From Staphylococcus phage vB_SauM-UFV_DC4: 64,000 nt of DNA. A program made the position numbers and the translations under genes. Location: sequence record MZ779063.1. One strand, 5' to 3'. Positions 59,101-64,000 of this stretch are shown here, one piece after another. The notes below the pieces were generated by a model. It saw nothing but the letters and a program-made list of their open reading frames with translations, did no database searches and was not told the origin of the DNA. The stretch's first letter is position 1. Every line of letters starts with the position of its first letter.

Positions 59101-62073
59101 GGCACTTAATCCTTTTTTAACTAATCCTGCACCTTTACCTATAACCATTTTACCTAAAGATTTAACAGAAGGTAATTTATCTTTAGCAAATTTTCCAATA
59201 CCTTTAAATACATTACCTATTTTTTTAGGAGCACCTTTAATACCTCTAAATAATTTTCCTAATCCAAATTTTCCAGCTATATTTTTAATTCCGCCACCTA
59301 TTTTACCTAACATGCCAGGCATACTAGTAAAGAATTTACCTATTCCGCTTGGTAATAATTTAGATAATAATTTAGGTCCAAATTTAGCAGCTAAGAATCC
59401 TCCAGCACCCAACATTGCAGCGTTACCTAAGAATCCTCCAGCAGATGCTAAGAATCCTTTCTTACCAGGTTCTAGATCTTTTTTACCATTTTTACCTTTC
59501 ATTAATGAACCTAATACAGCTGCAGAAGTTCCAGCAAATAAAACTGGTCCCATTTTACTAAAATCAAGCATACCGTTCATCATTTTTTTAGCACCAATGG
59601 ATTTTTCAGCTTCTCCACCTTTTCCAAAGTTTATATTACCTCTAATGGATTCAGCAATTTCTTTTTTATTGGAACCTGTTATTTTAGACATAACATCTTC
59701 CCCAGATTTTCCTGCATCGGCAGTTGAAAGGCCTTGTTTCATTCTTTCTAAAGCTCCAGCATCTTGAGAATCTTCCATATCTTTTTTAATAGTTGGATCA
59801 TTGCCAAAAGCAGTTTTAACTAAATCGATTATTGTACTCTTAGCTTTCTTTTCTTTTTCCTCTCTAGTTAAATCATCTATTGTTTTGCTTGGTTCTTTAG
59901 TGTAAGTATCTTTATTAGCCTCATTATTATTAATTGATAATTTATTTAAACCAGGAATATTCTTCATTAAATCCATTAATGGATTATTATCTATAATACT
60001 AGATTGATTTATATTCTGATAAGGATATTCATCATCTTGATCTGGTTGAGTATTTTCTTGAGTTGAATTAACTCTACTAGATGCAGAAGAAACCATATCT
60101 TTAATAGCACTTGTAGGATTTTCTTTGTATTCTTTAGCTTTATTAACTGCATTAGAAAGACTATTTAATTTATCCATTACAGAAGCATGAGCTTCATTAC
60201 TTCCATTATTTCCACTTAGAATAGGGAAATTTTTACCTTTATCTATGATATTATTGATCGTATTAACTTTATTATTAATAAATTCTTTATTATTATTAAT
60301 ATTATCATTACTGAAATTATTGTCTAATTTTCTTTCTATTTCTAAGAAAATATTTTTAATTTCTTCTAAATCACTATTTTCCCAGTTAATATTACCAAAA
60401 TCTTTAATCTGATTAATATTATCATTATTATTAGATCTAGAATAAGTCGAATTAGATTTATTTAAACCTTCTATTTCAGTAAATGCCATTATTCTTGAAT
60501 TATCTTTTTTATCAAGTGTTTTTGAAATAGATTTCTTAATATTGAATAAATCAGTATTAAATTTAGCTGAATTCTTTTCAAACACTTCAGATAATGACTC
60601 AGTATTAACATTTATATTTTTCTGATTAACTATTTCTTTAAGTTTAGAAGTTTTTTGGATAGGTTTGTCTATTTTAGTTAATTCAGCTAAAACTTCTTTA
60701 GTTCTTTCTTCATCATTATCTAATTTAGATAATAATTCTTTACCTAAATAAGTATCTTTAAAATTAAATAAAGAATCTGATTTAATCTTATCCAAGTCTT
60801 TTTTCTTAGCCGAACCTCGATTTTCCCAAACGCCTTTTCGGTAATTATAGATACTACCTAATTCAGCATTATCTGCTAATCCGCCTGAACGACCTTCTTT
60901 TTTGGCTATCAAATTACCTTGAAGTCTAGATAAGAAGTCTGGTATAACTTTATTAATAGACGTATGAGATTCCATATCAAATTGAACAGGAGTATCTTTT
61001 TTACGTTTATTTTTTAGAGAAATACCGCCTTTACCATCACCTAATAACTCTTCTTTAAATTGATCTAATCTACCTGAAAGAGCATTTCCTAAATTAGATA
61101 TATACTTATTATCATTGCCAGTTAATCTTTCTAAACCTTTAGTAAGTTTACTATCTTCATCAAGATTTCTATTAATAAGCATAGAACCTATATTTTGTGG
61201 ATCAAATCTTTTATTCAATCTATTAAATATATTTTTATTATCGCCTTCAGGATCATAACCACCAATATCACCGTAAAGAAGTTTATTAAATGCAATTTTA
61301 GCTCCTTGAGTTGCAGCAAATTCAATAGGATTTTTAGCTACACCCATCAGCATTGATTTAAGTTGGTCTCCGGACATCATACCCATTAATAAATTTTCAG
61401 GATTAGTTTTCTCATCCAAATATTTTAATAAACTAATATTACCATTCAATATAGAATGTAATTTACTTTGTTTATTTCTTTTGGTATTTTCTTCCATTAT
61501 TGTATTTTGATATATACCATCCTGTATTGTACTTAAATTTGATAAAGCTGAATCTACGAGACTGTTAGTTGCTTGCATTGATAAAGAATAATTATTCAGT
61601 GCAATATTTGTTCCAACAAATCCTCTTTGATTTATCTCAGCTAAATTATTCATTGCTACTAGAGGTGAATTTGTTATTTTAGATTTCTTTTTATCTGATA
61701 AACTAACAATTTCAGATTTAGTCCCATCAGGATTATCAATATATTCTGTTACTGATTCATATTCAGGTTTTTCATTAGATAATTTTTCATTACTACTTGA
61801 AAAAAGATCATTTTCATTAGATTTATTTTTTAGTGTTTTTAATAAATCATTAGTAGAACCTTTAACTTCAGAAAATTTCTTTAATCTTCTTTCATCATTG
61901 TTGAATAATTTTAAACCTGAATCTCCCACTATAGCATCTAATGATGGATTAGATTTTATAAACGCATTAAAAAGAATACGACCAGTATTTTTAGAAGCAT
62001 TTTTAATGACAGTTGATTTATTATTATTTTCTAATTGTCTAATATTCTTTTTATTTCTATTATTTTTAGCCAA
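56101..62073 (-). CDS. Giant tape-measure-like tail protein A (1990 aa) carrying an M23 (LytM) peptidase domain and an SGNH/GDSL esterase domain
   Basis: TTG start after AGGGGTGA. M23 block HYGIDIG...YMHL...GHLHFQ at about 57850..58240. SGNH blocks FMVGDSIGAG, LGTNGG and DGLGVHP at about 56940..57400. The N-terminal ~600 aa and the IIKTIKHPIESLKHPIKTLGS motif are paralogous to giant B. Confidence 0.8.
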   Translation of the reverse strand: MAKNNRNKKNIRQLENNNKSTVIKNASKNTGRILFNAFIKSNPSLDAIVGDSGLKLFNNDERRLKKFSEVKGSTNDLLKTLKNKSNENDLFSSSNEKLSNEKPEYESVTEYIDNPDGTKSEIVSLSDKKKSKITNSPLVAMNNLAEINQRGFVGTNIALNNYSLSMQATNSLVDSALSNLSTIQDGIYQNTIMEENTKRNKQSKLHSILNGNISLLKYLDEKTNPENLLMGMMSGDQLKSMLMGVAKNPIEFAATQGAKIAFNKLLYGDIGGYDPEGDNKNIFNRLNKRFDPQNIGSMLINRNLDEDSKLTKGLERLTGNDNKYISNLGNALSGRLDQFKEELLGDGKGGISLKNKRKKDTPVQFDMESHTSINKVIPDFLSRLQGNLIAKKEGRSGGLADNAELGSIYNYRKGVWENRGSAKKKDLDKIKSDSLFNFKDTYLGKELLSKLDNDEERTKEVLAELTKIDKPIQKTSKLKEIVNQKNINVNTESLSEVFEKNSAKFNTDLFNIKKSISKTLDKKDNSRIMAFTEIEGLNKSNSTYSRSNNNDNINQIKDFGNINWENSDLEEIKNIFLEIERKLDNNFSNDNINNNKEFINNKVNTINNIIDKGKNFPILSGNNGSNEAHASVMDKLNSLSNAVNKAKEYKENPTSAIKDMVSSASSRVNSTQENTQPDQDDEYPYQNINQSSIIDNNPLMDLMKNIPGLNKLSINNNEANKDTYTKEPSKTIDDLTREEKEKKAKSTIIDLVKTAFGNDPTIKKDMEDSQDAGALERMKQGLSTADAGKSGEDVMSKITGSNKKEIAESIRGNINFGKGGEAEKSIGAKKMMNGMLDFSKMGPVLFAGTSAAVLGSLMKGKNGKKDLEPGKKGFLASAGGFLGNAAMLGAGGFLAAKFGPKLLSKLLPSGIGKFFTSMPGMLGKIGGGIKNIAGKFGLGKLFRGIKGAPKKIGNVFKGIGKFAKDKLPSVKSLGKMVIGKGAGLVKKGLSAGKTIGKVAKSGISKIFNKKNASAATKGISKFASKGFNRAKSIGKGLFGGAKKLGGKAFGAIGKAKNKLFGKGAMKAGGKFALKAGLKTALPFIPFVGPVIGAAMWAPDIIKTIKHPIESLKHPIKTLGSFFGIGEHPGDKIEDEAKSKEEKHTEDQTGLGRLILSTSKLMFRASPMFPLAKVGGDMFKTITDNKMKSGPKAEEDIQKDMFMSTPLGSLYQIAKGGIDFSKYGKGEIGDWFSRFLVKMEEMVVAMSKMKNSSGGDSGGDGEPEVSGEAGEVDMNTKKIVPGSINQIPDGTVGAWMKKIPSAAIWQPYGNYSGLSFNGGKHYGIDIGMLPGQKVKCMVEGTVIRSNTDPGGGNIVQVKSPGNIYSTYMHLTKQLVKKGDKVKIGQVIAISGNTGANTAGSGHLHFQINKGKPGGWAMEKNSVDPSPWIKAPLKGSKGGSDEDKGSKAGKSKKGKKGGAAFDPTVKMVDGGYKSQEVKEAKRQRAKEVRNDRALLNKLENNQKKTEEKAEKEKTKIYNSDIYNIKKIKKRVDNFIKDRFPFSNTPEAIRKIAKTVTGGGGGGKSYNKVFMVGDSIGAGAASEIRKSVSKIQINAVPSRTYSSGGPSPNGKNVLESNKKKYNKDKNAIIVQLGTNGGLTTGNVKEIEDMYDKADVYFVNTYVDPEKRKGSDISDIIEATNKAIESSDSKVIDWNSKASSDMIENDGLGVHPNSKGKKALASTIKETIGGGGSSSSASKSDEDDKEGNSESGPGASEYSFKNGTWYGSITGRDDNRMDEDEQEELNDRLMKRYAQIYGIDYEEAKKIDQEQQEKKKSEAGKKKSESGSSGSGSEDSGDEESSDSSDSSASPSKPQESRSQITNNKNIGNPPVFQLPTLANSGFSNINRGNNAVNNQGSKNTKTVNNNYQNGQSNVINNENVNKEFIKGKNRVTNHYNKIVNNHKNSKIENGNSGYTYDYEKLWYSDDLVRMLANIDKNTLASTKELDRLLEELK
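56594..56820. repeat. Module shared with giant B (copy in giant A)
   Basis: Aligned by eye to 51128..51351; about 85 aa of near-identical protein. Confidence 0.75.
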
Positions 62074-62151
62074 ACTTCAAATTCACCCCTAACATGATTT
62101 TCTTAATACATATATGTTTCTATCAGATTCATATAGATTAAATTAAAAGAT

Positions 62152-62219
62152 AAAAAAAAAATAAAATATTCACCCTAACACAAATAATCCAATTAAGGAC
62201 TAAATGTGTTAGGGTGAAT
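62152..62219 (-). terminator. Strong intrinsic terminator on the - strand between the 222-aa gene and giant A
   Basis: Stem ttcaccctaacaca / tgtgttagggtgaa at 62169-62218 with 22-nt loop. The - strand then reads a 15-nt U-rich run (plus strand 62152-62166 is A10TAAAA). Confidence 0.7.
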
Positions 62220-62224
62220 TAATA

Positions 62225-62893
62225 TTATTTATTCTTGACTACATCTTGTATCTTATTCAATACACTATCTAAATTTTTAGTATAAACTAAATTAGTAAAT
62301 AATACATCTAATAAAAATACTATAGTTTTATGTGTAATGTAAAATAAATTATTAACTATTTTATCTTGTTCTTCTTCGCTAATTTCTTCTTTATCTTGAT
62401 GATATTTTCTATTAGGTAATGAACGTCTACTTAATCCCATATATTCAACTAAATATTCATTTAATTTCGTTTTAATATCATCAAGTCTATCATAATCACT
62501 AATACTCTTATCGTTAGCTAAAAGAAGAGTTTTGTTATAATCGATATTACTTGTTTGAAGAAATTTATTGTCCATATATTTACTTAATAATGTTGAATTG
62601 ATAGATATTAAGTAAAGAATAATGTCTAATAATTCTTTTGATGCATTATTAATATATTCAAACTTCTGAGACTGATTGTATTCAGGATTATTAGTAATTT
62701 GATTTATTTCATAATTAAATTCATGAATTTCTTCAACTATTTGAGGTATGAATCTATCTACCATTTGATGTAATTCCTCATTACCAAAATCGTAACGAGA
62801 AATTACATTTACATGATTTATATACATAGCACTTATATCTAATTCAATAGATTCTCTTTTCTTATAAAAATGTTTCATTGACAATTCCTCCAT
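62225..62893 (-). CDS. Hypothetical protein
   Basis: ORF. Confidence 0.5.
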   Translation of the reverse strand: MEELSMKHFYKKRESIELDISAMYINHVNVISRYDFGNEELHQMVDRFIPQIVEEIHEFNYEINQITNNPEYNQSQKFEYINNASKELLDIILYLISINSTLLSKYMDNKFLQTSNIDYNKTLLLANDKSISDYDRLDDIKTKLNEYLVEYMGLSRRSLPNRKYHQDKEEISEEEQDKIVNNLFYITHKTIVFLLDVLFTNLVYTKNLDSVLNKIQDVVKNK

Positions 62894-62907
62894 GTTTTTA
62901 ATTGGTC

Positions 62908-63819
62908 TTATCTAAAACGTTTTTTGTATTCTTCTTCATATTTAGCATTGATATCTGAGACTTTAATATCTTTACCATCATCTGTTTTAAAGTTATCTTT
63001 ATCAATTTCTTCACCTTTAATTACTTCTTTATCTTCATTTTCTACTTTAGCTACCATAGCAATATGAGGTGGTACAAATGATGCTTGTTTAACTGTTTCC
63101 ATTTTAGCATTATGAATACGACCTTTAATTAATTTACGAGAGAAATGTACATTTTTCATAGTTAATGTTTTACCTTTAACTAGTGCATTTTCTCTAAGTG
63201 CATCAATTTCATTAATAATATCACTTAATTCTTTTTTAGAATATCTATTATCTTCTAGATTTGCTACTAAGTCATTAATAAGTTCTTCTTTAGTATAAGA
63301 TTTCTCACTGAATTTTTTAACATTTTTCTTTCTACTAGTCATTTTCTTTTTACCAACCTTCTGATTTGATTTAGTTTTTGTACTTTGTTTCTTTTCTTTT
63401 AATACTGGATTCTTAACTTCTTCTTTAGTCTCTTCTTGCTTAGTTTCTACTTTATCCTCTTCTTGTTTAGTTTCTTTTTGCTTAATTTCTTTTGCTTTCT
63501 CTGGATTTAAACCTGAAGCTGTTACAGTTACTTTATCATAAGAACTTTCTGTTGGAATATCTTTAAGATTAATTTCAACATCTTTAAGTTCATCTGAATT
63601 GATGAAAATTTCTTTTTTATCATAATTAATCTTAATAACATCATCATCTTCAGGAATTAAAACTAAATTCTTTCTGTCATATTTCTCTGGAATAGTTTCG
63701 ATATCAAATGTAATTGTATCTCCTTCATATCCTTGTTCTTCTGATAATTTAATCTTAGCTGACTCTAATACAGTTAAATCCTCTTTTTCTTTTGTAACTT
63801 TCTTTCTTGTAATTGCCAT
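62908..63819 (-). CDS. Hypothetical Lys/Glu-rich protein; start assigned to ATG at 63819
   Basis: AAGGAGAG SD lies 8 nt before the ATG at 63819, too close to the track's TTG at 63825. Confidence 0.5.
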   Translation of the reverse strand: MAITRKKVTKEKEDLTVLESAKIKLSEEQGYEGDTITFDIETIPEKYDRKNLVLIPEDDDVIKINYDKKEIFINSDELKDVEINLKDIPTESSYDKVTVTASGLNPEKAKEIKQKETKQEEDKVETKQEETKEEVKNPVLKEKKQSTKTKSNQKVGKKKMTSRKKNVKKFSEKSYTKEELINDLVANLEDNRYSKKELSDIINEIDALRENALVKGKTLTMKNVHFSRKLIKGRIHNAKMETVKQASFVPPHIAMVAKVENEDKEVIKGEEIDKDNFKTDDGKDIKVSDINAKYEEEYKKRFR

Positions 63820-63964
63820 ATCCAAATCTCTCCTTATATAAAATAATTTGAAGCTAATATTCTTACTAACTTCATTAAAATAATATATATTTATATTATT
63901 AATTGAAGTTTATAAATTTTTATTATTAGAGTTTTTCTATGATCCAGAGTATTAATATATTTTA

Positions 63965-64000
63965 TTAATTAAAAATATATTTATTAATAATATTTATATT
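63965..64000. repeat. Intergenic AT-rich element, copy B, truncated by the window end
   Basis: ttaattaaaaatatatttattaataatatttatatt matches 20437..20483 minus an 11-nt indel. A partial copy also sits at 63884..63907. Confidence 0.7.

Noticed and set aside
58769-59767. 332-aa + strand ORF (Pro/Ala/Leu-rich) inside giant gene A
   Set aside because: It is the antisense of the Gly/Lys-rich GKxxGK coding region. It has no SD and is entirely embedded in a well-supported gene. The ORFs 50221..50538, 50313..50681, 51867..52124, 53499..53942, 54593..54815, 54984..55295, 55680..55928 and 56257..56708 are rejected on the same reasoning.
62081-62095. A further cacccctaac motif near the giant A gene start
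   Set aside because: It has no inverted partner nearby. On the - strand it reads AGGGGTGA and serves as the SD for the TTG start at 62073, so it is not a terminator.
1340-62219. TTAGGG/CCCTAA telomere-like hexamers in the terminator stems
   Set aside because: They are each a single copy within a hairpin stem. This is a coincidence of G/C-rich stem composition, not telomeric repeats.

Overview
Reading the sequence by eye, this 64 kb window is AT-rich (roughly 30% GC) and is densely packed with phage structural and DNA-metabolism genes. There is no integrase, tRNA, rRNA or CRISPR array. It looks like part of a large virulent, contractile-tailed phage (myovirus), probably infecting a low-GC Gram-positive host. 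The host guess is inference from M23, NlpC/P60 and SGNH wall-hydrolase domains, a class Ib ribonucleotide reductase (RNR), and codon usage.

Gene order is loosely T4-like. A + strand block holds prohead scaffold/core-like acidic proteins, a gp23-like major capsid protein, an HExxH membrane protein, the large terminase, an nrdH-nrdI-nrdE-nrdF class Ib RNR cluster with two inserted small ORFs, a 1050-aa tail sheath and a tail tube. Convergent on the - strand are two adjacent paralogous ~2000-aa tape-measure-like proteins. Between them they carry four different peptidoglycan-hydrolase domains: lysozyme-like plus NlpC/P60 in one, M23 plus SGNH esterase in the other. The far-left - strand block holds a 998-aa and a 2662-aa modular fibre/adhesin with repeated CBM-like modules, and a three-gene membrane-protein cluster resembling an XhlA/holin lysis cassette. 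An endolysin-like pair (PG_binding_1 protein plus amidase_2-like protein) sits about 17 kb away.

There are many intrinsic-terminator hairpins, several sharing a CCCTAAC stem core. A 450-bp divergent intergenic region carries iteron-like 12-mer repeats, and a 36-nt element from it recurs at the window end. Many genes use TTG or GTG starts behind good Shine-Dalgarno (SD) sites. Function calls are from motif and architecture recognition by eye, with no database searches run.
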